A stretch of 64,000 bases of DNA from a virus. Taxonomy: Duplodnaviria > Caudoviricetes. The position numbers were made by a program, and so were the translations under genes. The stretch lies in IMG/VR virus record IMGVR_UViG_3300026549_000030, positions 64,001-128,000 of that record. One strand, 5' to 3'. Shown one piece after another: positions 20,407 to 29,724 of the stretch. Positions within the stretch are counted from its first letter, which is position 1. Every line of letters begins with the position of its first letter. The notes beneath the pieces were generated by a model. The model worked only from the letters and a program-made list of their open reading frames with translations, was not told the origin of the DNA and did not search any database.

Positions 20407-20540
20407 TCTGATATCCTTATTTTCAAGTCATTTATAAACGTAACACAGTCAGAAGGTGAAGAGTTAAGAACGTCAAAACTCTTTACAAGCGAAATTATGT
20501 AATCTTTTTCATTATCTTTCATAAATCAAATGATGGCTAG

Positions 20541-20568
20541 GCCGCCCTCGCCAAGACGCTCGGGCGGC
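20541..20568 (-). promoter_or_regulatory. DGR target-recognition hairpin downstream of VR/IMH
   Basis: GCCGCCC…GGGCGGC inverted repeat 2 nt past the target stop codon. Confidence 0.7.
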
Positions 20569-20570
20569 GA

Positions 20571-22070
20571 TTAAGTCTGGGGGCGGGCAACTGGGCGAAC
20601 CGAGAAGCCGTAGGCACGGCTGTTGTTGTACTGCGGGCTAACACCTTCTGAATTGAAGTAGAGGTAATACGCGTTGTTCTGCGAGCTCGAAGACGCGAGC
20701 CAATAGTTGCCGTTACTTCCTATGCCGTTCATGCCACCGCTTCCGCTGTAGCGGTTCCCTGCGGCTTGGAAAAAGTTCCCATCCCAAGTCCAACCGTTGT
20801 CCCAAGTACCGCCATTGCTTGTTGAAAAACCAAGGAATGCGTTACCGCAGGGAATATTGAATCCTACAGGGCATGGGTCATAAACTGTTTTAACAATATT
20901 CTTATCAGAATTGCCAGTTGAAATCTGCGAAGCGTCCCAATAATTGTAAAAGTCGACAGGCGTGTCTCCGTTTTGCCACCAATTGTAATGTGTGTCTTCA
21001 TATGTGTTGAACACGTTTGGGTTTTGAATTGTTGCAGCAAGAGAGCTTGCAGTTGAAGTGATATTAAAAGAACCAACCGCCGCAGATGCTGAATTACGGA
21101 GCATAGGGTCTTTACGTCCCCACTGATAGTAAGGCGAAGTACCCTTTTTACTATCGGCGGCGTCCTTCACCCATCCTAGGCTAACGTCAAGGAAGTTATA
21201 TGTCTTGCTGTTTGTGTTAGTATGGGCAAACGTTGACAGCTCGAACGGATACGACCATATATGCCAACTCCACATAATCTGCCCGTTACCGTCTTTGATT
21301 GCTATCGTTGCATTTCCGCCAAGAGAAGGAATGGATGACACATGGAATCGTAAATACTTACAAAGTTCCCTATTTGTCAAATAAATGTCGTCTATGATGA
21401 AGTCAGATGTGTCTATGAGGACGGATTGCCCCGATACGGCATCGATACCCGTATCTTCTTCTATAAATGGGATTGTGATTTGTTCATTTAGATAATTGTA
21501 GAATGGGCTTGTATATGTGCCTGTTGCTTGAGTATATGCTGATGCGTTTGTTTCCCCGTTCATAATGGCGCAACCATATACGAGAGGAAATTCGTAATAT
21601 CCTTCATGTGATATAACGTAACAGTTTGCGGTTTCTCGTAACGAAACCGTGCCACCCGTTATATCCAACATGGATAAATCGGTATACGTCGCTGAATCGT
21701 ATGATACAGTAAGACGACGTGTACTGTTTTTCTTTGATATATATGAAACGGTATCTGGCGTATAATATCCACCAACTGTACTAAACGATACTGTATATTG
21801 CTCAAACATGGGTACAATAAACAATAGCGTCGTTCCGTTCCATTCCTTTGATTCTATATTACCATTCACGGTAACGGAAACTATTGCGCCGATAATATCC
21901 TGCGAAACAGGACATGTTAATGTAACATAGAGATTTTCATCGGCCATGCCGATGTTTGTTAGAACCGTTTGCTTCTCTTCCTTTGTAAGCGTTTGCTCGG
22001 ATGCATACGATACAAATTTCGCTTCATTTAACTCGGTTTGAGTAATGTATTTATTTTGATTATCAGCCAT
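20571..22070 (-). CDS. DGR target: putative receptor-binding/adhesin protein with C-terminal CLec-like variable domain
   Basis: Fibre-like 'QTLTKEEKQTVLTNIG', Bacteroidales adhesin motifs 'ANCYVI', 'WSWHIW', 'YYQWGRKDP', 'YDPCPVG', and C-terminal 'GNYWLAS…GFSVRPV' holding the VR. Confidence 0.88.
   Translation of the reverse strand: MADNQNKYITQTELNEAKFVSYASEQTLTKEEKQTVLTNIGMADENLYVTLTCPVSQDIIGAIVSVTVNGNIESKEWNGTTLLFIVPMFEQYTVSFSTVGGYYTPDTVSYISKKNSTRRLTVSYDSATYTDLSMLDITGGTVSLRETANCYVISHEGYYEFPLVYGCAIMNGETNASAYTQATGTYTSPFYNYLNEQITIPFIEEDTGIDAVSGQSVLIDTSDFIIDDIYLTNRELCKYLRFHVSSIPSLGGNATIAIKDGNGQIMWSWHIWSYPFELSTFAHTNTNSKTYNFLDVSLGWVKDAADSKKGTSPYYQWGRKDPMLRNSASAAVGSFNITSTASSLAATIQNPNVFNTYEDTHYNWWQNGDTPVDFYNYWDASQISTGNSDKNIVKTVYDPCPVGFNIPCGNAFLGFSTSNGGTWDNGWTWDGNFFQAAGNRYSGSGGMNGIGSNGNYWLASSSSQNNAYYLYFNSEGVSPQYNNSRAYGFSVRPVARPQT
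20581..20766 (-). repeat. DGR variable repeat (VR)
   Basis: Ungapped alignment to TR at an offset of 886 bp. Confidence 0.97.
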
Positions 22071-22092
22071 ATTTTTCTATTTGCAATTTTTC

Positions 22093-22950
22093 TTATAGCC
22101 CCATTACCTTAGCAAGAGTCTGATTATACATAAAGTCGTCATCGTCAAGTGAATCCGATATCGCTTTCCAATCAGTTGCGCCTGCTACGTCATTGGCTGT
22201 AATCTGATACTGTCCCTGTTCCTTACCGTTATCGTCGTCCTCAGTAGAATAGTTGGAAGTTGCTTCCTTTTCTTTCCAGAATTCCTCAGGAGTAACGTTG
22301 AAAGGATAGGACTTTGCTGTCTGCATGCTGAGCTTTTCTACCTGTGTAGGGTTGCGTCTTTCATACTCAGCCTTCAAGTCTTCAATCTTTTGGTCGTTTG
22401 CACGAAGGAGTTCCTCGAAAGCGCCAAGTGCCTTCATAACCTTGTCAAACTTTCCTCCGATTTCTCCAACTTCCTTCTCGATATCCTCTTGCTTGTCGGT
22501 AAGCTCAGTTACGTCGAGAACCTCGTCGCCAGGCTGCTGCATATCAGCGCCAGCTGCGTCGAAATCAGCGTTAGAAATATCGCCACCCGGTGCGGGATCC
22601 TGTGGGTTGAATCCCTGAGGAGGCGCTGCAGGGGCTTCCTCTCCGCCTGCTGCCGCGTTAGGATCTGCGGGCATTCCGCCACCCATATCACCTCCTGCCA
22701 TTGCATTCGGGTCCATTGGCGCTCCGCCTGCTGCTGCATTAGGATCAGCTGGCATTCCGCCACCCATATCAGCGCCACCCATGTCTCCTCCCGGAGCCGG
22801 TGCTGCATTAGGATCCGCATTTGTGTCGTTCTCATCTTCCTCCACACTATTTGATAATAGAGTAGTTTCGTTGAGTCCTACACGTGCGTCATAATTAAAC
22901 AGACGCTGGAATTTATCCATTCCTTCCTTGAGTATCTTTTCCTTGTCCAT
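22093..22950 (-). CDS. Acidic low-complexity coiled-coil protein (possible head scaffold or internal protein)
   Basis: Duplicated 'DMGGGMPADPNAAAGG' (21-bp DNA repeat at 22670 and 22751) and a coiled coil. Start taken at MDKEKIL. Confidence 0.6.
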   Translation of the reverse strand: MDKEKILKEGMDKFQRLFNYDARVGLNETTLLSNSVEEDENDTNADPNAAPAPGGDMGGADMGGGMPADPNAAAGGAPMDPNAMAGGDMGGGMPADPNAAAGGEEAPAAPPQGFNPQDPAPGGDISNADFDAAGADMQQPGDEVLDVTELTDKQEDIEKEVGEIGGKFDKVMKALGAFEELLRANDQKIEDLKAEYERRNPTQVEKLSMQTAKSYPFNVTPEEFWKEKEATSNYSTEDDDNGKEQGQYQITANDVAGATDWKAISDSLDDDDFMYNQTLAKVMGL

Positions 22951-22951
22951 T

Positions 22952-23122
22952 TTAACCAAATAAGATTTGCCTATTGTCTTCTGTAAGAATAATCTTGTCG
23001 TCGTTCATCTTTTCGCGCTCGAGAAGTCCTGCATCTTTCTTGACACGCTTCACGTTCGCCGTTCCGAGACTGTCAATCAATGACTGAGCATTCTCGATTG
23101 AATTTGAATTAAGTGTGTTCAT
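22952..23122 (-). CDS. Small hypothetical protein (56 aa, below the ORF-track cutoff)
   Basis: MNTLNSNSIENAQSLIDSLGTANVKRVKKDAGLLEREKMNDDKIILTEDNRQILFG*; exactly fills the gap between its neighbours. Confidence 0.65.
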   Translation of the reverse strand: MNTLNSNSIENAQSLIDSLGTANVKRVKKDAGLLEREKMNDDKIILTEDNRQILFG

Positions 23123-23133
23123 ATCTTTAATTT

Positions 23134-23358
23134 TTATTCTTCGTTATTTTTTACCTCTTCCTTTTCGGCGACTGTCTCCTCAACAGGAAGTGACGCCTTC
23201 TTAGCCTTGCCTTTCTTCGGAGCAGGCTCTTCTATCTTGGCCTCTTTCTTAACTTCCTTTTTCTCCTCTTTTACTACAGGCTCAGATACTTCAACCTTGA
23301 CGGCTGATTTAATTATCGGACGTCTTGATAAATTTGAACATTTCTTCGTAATAAACAT
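23134..23358 (-). CDS. Small Lys/Glu-rich hypothetical protein
   Basis: 74-aa ORF with TATTTATA motif upstream (23407-23414). Confidence 0.6.
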   Translation of the reverse strand: MFITKKCSNLSRRPIIKSAVKVEVSEPVVKEEKKEVKKEAKIEEPAPKKGKAKKASLPVEETVAEKEEVKNNEE

Positions 23359-23434
23359 AATAATATAAAAGTTTAAATAAAGCGCACAGTTTACTATACA
23401 CCTTTATATAAATACCTTTATATTGTGAAAAAGA

Positions 23435-24043
23435 CTATTCTCCCTTCAGAAAATAGAGATAGGGAATGAGATACTGACAGTTTAGAATAGACAATCTAAG
23501 ACGCTGACTGATAAAATTATCGTCATAGATGATGATATTGTTCTTATTGTCTTTTATCTTATCGAGTACGGCGTTACCGTCCTTACCTGTATATTCAATA
23601 TCTTCGAGTGAAATTCCGAAAACAGTATCAGTTCTCGGAGCATACATATACAGGTGTCTTCCAATTATGTAGATAATCTTCCGCTTTCCTGTGTAAAGCC
23701 AATCTATGAATTTCTTTGTTCGATCAGCATCCTCTGTGAATATATTGTAATAGGAATATTTGACGGCACCCTTAAGTTTACCAATAATAATATCGTTAAA
23801 CGCGTCTATGTCAGCCTCGAAATCAATTCTTCGTTCGTTCTTTGCGAAAGTCCAATATACATTATCCTCTATCTTCTTATCAAGGACTTTTATCTTGTCC
23901 TTTCCAAAGATAGATTCAGCTTTCGTCTTACCAATAATGAGTGTCGGTTTTGAAGTATCTGCAGCATCGTACTCGGCTACGATTTGAACATAGTCGATAA
24001 CGGGAAGAGACTTACTCTTGGTTACTACTTTTCCTATATACAT
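23435..24043 (-). CDS. Hypothetical protein
   Basis: Long ORF; start taken at MYIGKVV; TATATTTG element at 24068-24075. Confidence 0.6.
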   Translation of the reverse strand: MYIGKVVTKSKSLPVIDYVQIVAEYDAADTSKPTLIIGKTKAESIFGKDKIKVLDKKIEDNVYWTFAKNERRIDFEADIDAFNDIIIGKLKGAVKYSYYNIFTEDADRTKKFIDWLYTGKRKIIYIIGRHLYMYAPRTDTVFGISLEDIEYTGKDGNAVLDKIKDNKNNIIIYDDNFISQRLRLSILNCQYLIPYLYFLKGE

Positions 24044-24100
24044 AAATGCTCGAGATATTATCCCGAGCAAATATACTGAAAAAATAATAGAGTTACAATT

Positions 24101-27100
24101 TTAACTAATGCTAAATGAAATAACCGCCTTCATACCAAGTTTATCCTTCACATTACAAAGGGAAACCATAACATTTGTTTTCTTATCCTCTTTATTCGAA
24201 GGTTTAACTATTGCATCGCTTAAACTCTTTTTTGATTTATCTTCTTTATCATAGTATGTAACTACCTCAGCCTTTATTTCGTCTTTATTTCCTGGGTTTT
24301 TAATTTTAGCCTTATAATATAATTTGCAATTATTATCAGATTTGTTCGGATTTTTCACAACTATATTTTGCCCATTTTCAACTATATCTCCATCTGTAGC
24401 CCACCCTTCTGTTGATATTCTGACTTCAATGTTTTCTGATATGTTAAACGATATAATAAGGTAATCACTTGGATAAATAATAGGCCCTTTGTATCTATAT
24501 AATAGATAGTGGCTTGTCTTAGAACCGCTTGAACCATTTGCGCATACTCCTGATACCTGCACTGAGTCTGATACAAAGTGTGTTCCGTCAAATATTGCTA
24601 TATGTCCATACTTTGCACCTGGCCTTGTTGAACAGCACACGTCACCTGGCTCAAATGGGCCCTTGAATTTCACTATTGACGCGTTGCTTGCAATTTCAAG
24701 TACCTTTTGGAAATCCCATCCATCCATCTTTGTTGCACACTCGTATCCGTTACATGTACCGATTTTGCTCGCCTGTTCTCCATTTGAAAATCCTGCCCTC
24801 ATTGCCTCTTTTGTGCACTGCGCACACGCTTTATTGTTCTGCGCGAAGTTAACATTTGTGTACGGGTATACAGTCTTACTAAGCCAAGGAACATAAATTC
24901 CGCTGTTGAATTTCTCGATAACCTTAGGAATGCTGAATTCCGGCAAATTCGGGTTTTTGGTAAGCGGGAACGTGGCAGAATCAGGCAATGAATTTCCATT
25001 TTCATCTCTTGCAGATGTCTTTGATTCTCCGATACCAACGGAGCCTCCCGATTCTGTATTTCTATTTGCTGCATCATTATTGATGCTTGATTCACCTCTT
25101 CTTATATTAGTTAACAGAGCTTCCACATCTATTACATTTGCGTTCATAGGTATCGCATTTTGTGACACGCGTATTCCGGTGAATGAAGTAGACATTGAAC
25201 CGTTTTCTATATGATGCTTAACTCCATATATTATATAAGCGCCATTGAACAATGGTATGTTGTTCAATTGGAAATACATAAGCGGCATTATATTAGCACA
25301 GCCCATCATGTCTACGCTGCACTCGTAACTTCTGTTAGAATATATTGAATACAAATCCTGTCCAACGGTTGTTGGGGCTAATACTGAATCGCCCTTTCTC
25401 TCATTATCCGCTAATATAAATGCGTTTGCGATTGACACATCCGTTTCTCTTGGATTTGCCATATTAACATTTATATTCTTAAAATACAGCTGGTTTTGCT
25501 TACCGAATGTTACGCCAAATGCAGGGATGTTATAATTCTCACCCGGCTTCTTTGCCTCATTCAGTGTAACTAGCTGCGGTTCTATGAATGAAAGCTGGTC
25601 CTTTTTATATTCAGTTGTATTCTCATTTCTCTTGCTCTCAGAGAAATGCGAAGGCTGGTGTGTATACATAAGTACATATGTATTTCCTATACCCCTCGCG
25701 TTATCCCATCCCATCTCATAACCGTTATTTCCATAAGGAGTTTGTGGCGTAAATATACTTGCAATGCTCTTAGCGTCATACATGTTACTGAACACGGGAA
25801 GCGCTACGAATAGGAGTTTGCTCTTTTCTGCAATATCTGAGATAAACTGTATTACACTCCTACTCCCCATATCAGCAATCATATTTGATACAATATATGG
25901 GCTAACCAGTAATTTACTTCCAATGTCATTATAGAAAGTGTCTACATACATAAAGCATTGTACTTCACTTACTTTAGTTCCACTAATTGACTGCCCATCG
26001 TTCTTTTTATATGCTATTTCTGAGTCTGCCTCAGGTGTATTAAGCTTAAACCTATCTCTATTATAGCATGATAGCCACTTATCGTAAAGGTTCTTTAGGG
26101 TATAATAAAGTTGCTCTTTCGCTTCTACCTTTGCATGCCCACTTTCTTTCGCATTTGCTGTTGCATCTGTATTTCCCTCGCTTGCAGTATCCTCTACGTT
26201 ATTGGAATTTTTCGCCCCATTTATTCTTTCTAATAACAGTTTAAAGAATGCCGTAATGTTTTTGAAAGGCGGTTTAATACTATCGTTTGCGTCATTAACA
26301 TTGAGAATCGTTACCATACTCGACGCTAAATCAACTATCTTCTTTGTATACTCATTATACTCAGTCTGATTTGCCGCGAGCCTGTTTGTTGCACATTGAG
26401 GTATCTTTAACTCACCTTCCGTGTCTTTTCCTTTCTTTTTCTTTGAGAAATCTTTATATCTCGTATTGAAAGTAAATTCTGTCTTATACGATTCGTTTGA
26501 TAATTTCCTATAATAATGCACGCCTTCTTCAGAAACCCACTTTCTATAAAAAGACGCAAGTCCGCCATTCTTATCACGTTCTTTAAGTTCGGCAACTGTA
26601 AACCCGTTCGAATCTTTTTTTATCCACTTACTGCTGTCTATCTCAAAGTATCCTTCATTATTTACAATAAACGTAGCATCATCGCCGCCGTTTGATACTC
26701 TTTCTCCAATATGAAGTGCAAATACCTTTGGGATTCTTCTGATTGAGCTATTATTCTTTGCAAATCTGTATATGTTATTTGTTCCTAAGAACGAGGCCAG
26801 GAACGTTGAATTATTTATTAAACTATTAAACGGAGTATCTTTTTCTTTTTCTGAAAAATAATCGTGTGGAAAATATGAACTATCGTAAAATTGAAGGATA
26901 GGGAACATATATTGCCCGTGCTCACTATTCTCAATAGCAGCGTTCTCTGTCCATTCTTTTCTTACGTCGTTTATATTTTTTTGCTTGCATATATTATCTT
27001 TATCGAAAGAATCCTCTCGATAGATATTACTTAAGAAGTATTTATCAACTTTATAGTCCCACTTACTAGAATAATCATATGTAAGTGGTCTTGTCGCCAT

Positions 27101-29395
27101 CTTTTTAAGTAAGTATTCATTTTCTTCTGGAACAATATAATGCCCTATCTTCGGGCCCAGTGTGAAGATAGTATCTTTCGTGAACTTACTATTATTAAGC
27201 GTGTTTATTATTTTGAGAATTGTTTCCTCAGAATTATTTCCGATAATTTCTCCTATATCTTGTTTAAGCTCATTAATAAAATCATTTGACGCGTTTACTA
27301 ATCCTTTTCCTTGTACATTCCAAAAATTCTCAACTTCTGATTCAACTGGAAAATTTACAATACCGTCTTTAAGATATGCCTTAGTAGCCACACAAGCATC
27401 AATAAAACGAACCCATATGAATTTTAAAAGTTCATTTGAGTATTTCTTACCGGCTGGGACTGAGAATTTCTTATATGGATTTTCCTCCTCTAATGCATCA
27501 AGAACAGAAAGGGGCATCCATTCTTCTTTTGTTTCTGTTGTTGGTGTTTCTTCTGACGCTGGCTCCCCATTATTCTGCTGCATTTCTACAATATCACTGT
27601 TTGCCGCATCTATCGCAATGTAAATTCTTTCTATGAAATTAACTTCATCTAATTTACTAAGTTGTGGAATTGAGCCTGGATATCTTCTTACTCTTTCACC
27701 GTTGCTTTCACTATCCTCATAGAATCCCGGGAATGGCGGATACGTATAATTTCCGCCATTTGAATCAATGTCGTCATATATTTTATCAATTCCCTTAAAA
27801 TTACTTCTTTTTCTTTCTGCAGACTTTTTCTTGATATTATCGAGAACTTTATAATACTCGTACATAAAAGCATCGATATGCGCGAACGTCATTCTGATAA
27901 TATTTTCAATACTAGGGGTGAAGCCTAAAAGCTTTTTAGTTAAATCATTCAACTCCTCTGACGATTTTCCGAGCATCCTGCTTATTTCGTTTTCAATTTC
28001 TGAACAGCGCATTAATATGCTATTTCTGAACTCATTATCAAGTTCGACATAATAAACGCGTTTATCAGCATAATCGCTATGCTTTATCGCCTCTTCAATG
28101 TTTGATATTCTTGAATAAAGTTGATGATTTGTATCGACGATATATGTAGTTGTCCCGTCCTCTGCTTTAACACTTGTAACAATTGGATCAAACGTTTCAA
28201 TAGCAGAGCTACCCCATGCCAGTTTATCCGGCTCTTCAAAACCCTTAGGTTTAGATATCGGTGTCTCTGTTGTTTTAACATCTAAATAAGATGTGAAAGA
28301 TTTCTCAAGCTCTTCTATATTTGGTAAAATAAAAGTTTTTGAATTTACAAAATAAATCTTGAAATCAGGTGCAGAAAATATTTTACTATCATTTGAAGAA
28401 TTCTTAGTCTCAATATCTTTTATTATCTCATCATAATCAGATAATATCTTCTTAAGTGCTGAAGCTTCATTTCTAAGGCTTTCAACTTGATTAAGAGAAG
28501 GAAAGCTTTCTCCTTCTTCCCCATATATTTCTTTAAATTTATCAGGCAATTTCTGACAAATCTCAAAAAATTTCTTAAACGTTGGTATTTGACTTCCATC
28601 CTTAAAAAAGAAAGCGCCGCCTTGTGAAGTTTGTGTTCTCCAATATGGACTTACAGTGTCTCCGCCCGCATCAATATACGGAGCAACAAGAAGACAAGAC
28701 ATAGGTATATCGGTATATAAACCGTACATATGCCCAATGAATGAAACTTCTACCTCGAAATTTCCTGTCTGTGAATTAAAACTTGACTGAAAATCATTTA
28801 CCGCAAGCATAAACGTTACCCTGCTTCCGTAAAAACCTTTTACAGATAACGCAAACCTTGGATATGGGAAATGGAATAATGCACTAAAGAACTGTTGGCA
28901 CGCAGCGATTCTCTTAGAAATATCTTTATTGTTAATTGCTTCCTCATTTTCACGATTGAACTCAGCTGGCATCATAAGTGAGGCACCCCTTACGTCAATC
29001 ATTCTCATTTTAACAACCGGATAAAAATGTGAGTCGAATTGTATGTCTATACTCTTTATACCAAGAGCTTCTCTACTTCCGGCGTGGTTTTGCGTTATTT
29101 CTTGATATGAAATGTCAGTATACGAATCAGTGAGATAAGGTTTACCTTTATCTAATTCCGTACCCCTAAAAAATGAAGTCCAATTTGAGTTTTTGTTTAC
29201 AGTAACGTCGATAGAATCGAAAATATTTTCATTATTTCCGTTTCTATCTGGCACAATGACTTGTAAATCAACTGATATATTTAAATCTTCTGGCTTCCAA
29301 TAGACATTATCCCCACTGCCGAATGATGGTCCTATTTGATTTACGAAGTCATTCGGCTCTAAATATACAATGCGCCCCTTGAGAGTTCCTTCCAT
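24101..29395 (-). CDS. Large baseplate hub/tail protein with C-terminal CHAP/NlpC-P60-like amidase domain
   Basis: 1764 aa in the tail module. Hub-like 'CSVDMMGCANIMPLMYFQL…GAYIIYGVKHHI'; amidase-like 'CAQCTKEAM…GDVCC…YGHIAIFDG..FVSD'. Confidence 0.7.
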   Translation of the reverse strand: MEGTLKGRIVYLEPNDFVNQIGPSFGSGDNVYWKPEDLNISVDLQVIVPDRNGNNENIFDSIDVTVNKNSNWTSFFRGTELDKGKPYLTDSYTDISYQEITQNHAGSREALGIKSIDIQFDSHFYPVVKMRMIDVRGASLMMPAEFNRENEEAINNKDISKRIAACQQFFSALFHFPYPRFALSVKGFYGSRVTFMLAVNDFQSSFNSQTGNFEVEVSFIGHMYGLYTDIPMSCLLVAPYIDAGGDTVSPYWRTQTSQGGAFFFKDGSQIPTFKKFFEICQKLPDKFKEIYGEEGESFPSLNQVESLRNEASALKKILSDYDEIIKDIETKNSSNDSKIFSAPDFKIYFVNSKTFILPNIEELEKSFTSYLDVKTTETPISKPKGFEEPDKLAWGSSAIETFDPIVTSVKAEDGTTTYIVDTNHQLYSRISNIEEAIKHSDYADKRVYYVELDNEFRNSILMRCSEIENEISRMLGKSSEELNDLTKKLLGFTPSIENIIRMTFAHIDAFMYEYYKVLDNIKKKSAERKRSNFKGIDKIYDDIDSNGGNYTYPPFPGFYEDSESNGERVRRYPGSIPQLSKLDEVNFIERIYIAIDAANSDIVEMQQNNGEPASEETPTTETKEEWMPLSVLDALEEENPYKKFSVPAGKKYSNELLKFIWVRFIDACVATKAYLKDGIVNFPVESEVENFWNVQGKGLVNASNDFINELKQDIGEIIGNNSEETILKIINTLNNSKFTKDTIFTLGPKIGHYIVPEENEYLLKKMATRPLTYDYSSKWDYKVDKYFLSNIYREDSFDKDNICKQKNINDVRKEWTENAAIENSEHGQYMFPILQFYDSSYFPHDYFSEKEKDTPFNSLINNSTFLASFLGTNNIYRFAKNNSSIRRIPKVFALHIGERVSNGGDDATFIVNNEGYFEIDSSKWIKKDSNGFTVAELKERDKNGGLASFYRKWVSEEGVHYYRKLSNESYKTEFTFNTRYKDFSKKKKGKDTEGELKIPQCATNRLAANQTEYNEYTKKIVDLASSMVTILNVNDANDSIKPPFKNITAFFKLLLERINGAKNSNNVEDTASEGNTDATANAKESGHAKVEAKEQLYYTLKNLYDKWLSCYNRDRFKLNTPEADSEIAYKKNDGQSISGTKVSEVQCFMYVDTFYNDIGSKLLVSPYIVSNMIADMGSRSVIQFISDIAEKSKLLFVALPVFSNMYDAKSIASIFTPQTPYGNNGYEMGWDNARGIGNTYVLMYTHQPSHFSESKRNENTTEYKKDQLSFIEPQLVTLNEAKKPGENYNIPAFGVTFGKQNQLYFKNINVNMANPRETDVSIANAFILADNERKGDSVLAPTTVGQDLYSIYSNRSYECSVDMMGCANIMPLMYFQLNNIPLFNGAYIIYGVKHHIENGSMSTSFTGIRVSQNAIPMNANVIDVEALLTNIRRGESSINNDAANRNTESGGSVGIGESKTSARDENGNSLPDSATFPLTKNPNLPEFSIPKVIEKFNSGIYVPWLSKTVYPYTNVNFAQNNKACAQCTKEAMRAGFSNGEQASKIGTCNGYECATKMDGWDFQKVLEIASNASIVKFKGPFEPGDVCCSTRPGAKYGHIAIFDGTHFVSDSVQVSGVCANGSSGSKTSHYLLYRYKGPIIYPSDYLIISFNISENIEVRISTEGWATDGDIVENGQNIVVKNPNKSDNNCKLYYKAKIKNPGNKDEIKAEVVTYYDKEDKSKKSLSDAIVKPSNKEDKKTNVMVSLCNVKDKLGMKAVISFSIS

Positions 29396-29397
29396 TT

Positions 29398-29724
29398 TTA
29401 CCTATCTTTGTTAATTCCGTAAAGAGATTCCTGTCTGTCTATTTCCTGATTTAAATTTTCTAATGTCTTATCCAATGGATACGGAATTCTAAGAACAGTT
29501 CCGTTTGGTATTTGATATTCTAAGTCGGGCAGTTCTGGGTTAGCCATAAGAATTAACCAATCATATCCAGGATCTCCATAGTAATCATTAGAGAATAAAT
29601 CAAGACGACTACTTCCTCGATTATATATCTCAAAATAGTCTGTTGATTTCGGCCTTATATTAGCCTGAAACGGAACGCATATCTTTCCGTTTACTCTAAA
29701 TCTCGTATATCTATCGTAACTCAT
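29398..29724 (-). CDS. Baseplate wedge/tail protein (gp53/LysM-like)
   Basis: 'RLDLFSNDYYGDPGYDWLILMANP…IPNGTVLRIP'. Confidence 0.75.
   Translation of the reverse strand: MSYDRYTRFRVNGKICVPFQANIRPKSTDYFEIYNRGSSRLDLFSNDYYGDPGYDWLILMANPELPDLEYQIPNGTVLRIPYPLDKTLENLNQEIDRQESLYGINKDR

Larger units (their letters stand above)
18452..20766 (-). mobile_element. Diversity-generating retroelement (VR-avd-TR-RT)
   Basis: RT, Avd and a 186-bp TR/VR pair differing only at TR adenines, plus a GC hairpin after the target stop. Confidence 0.97.
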
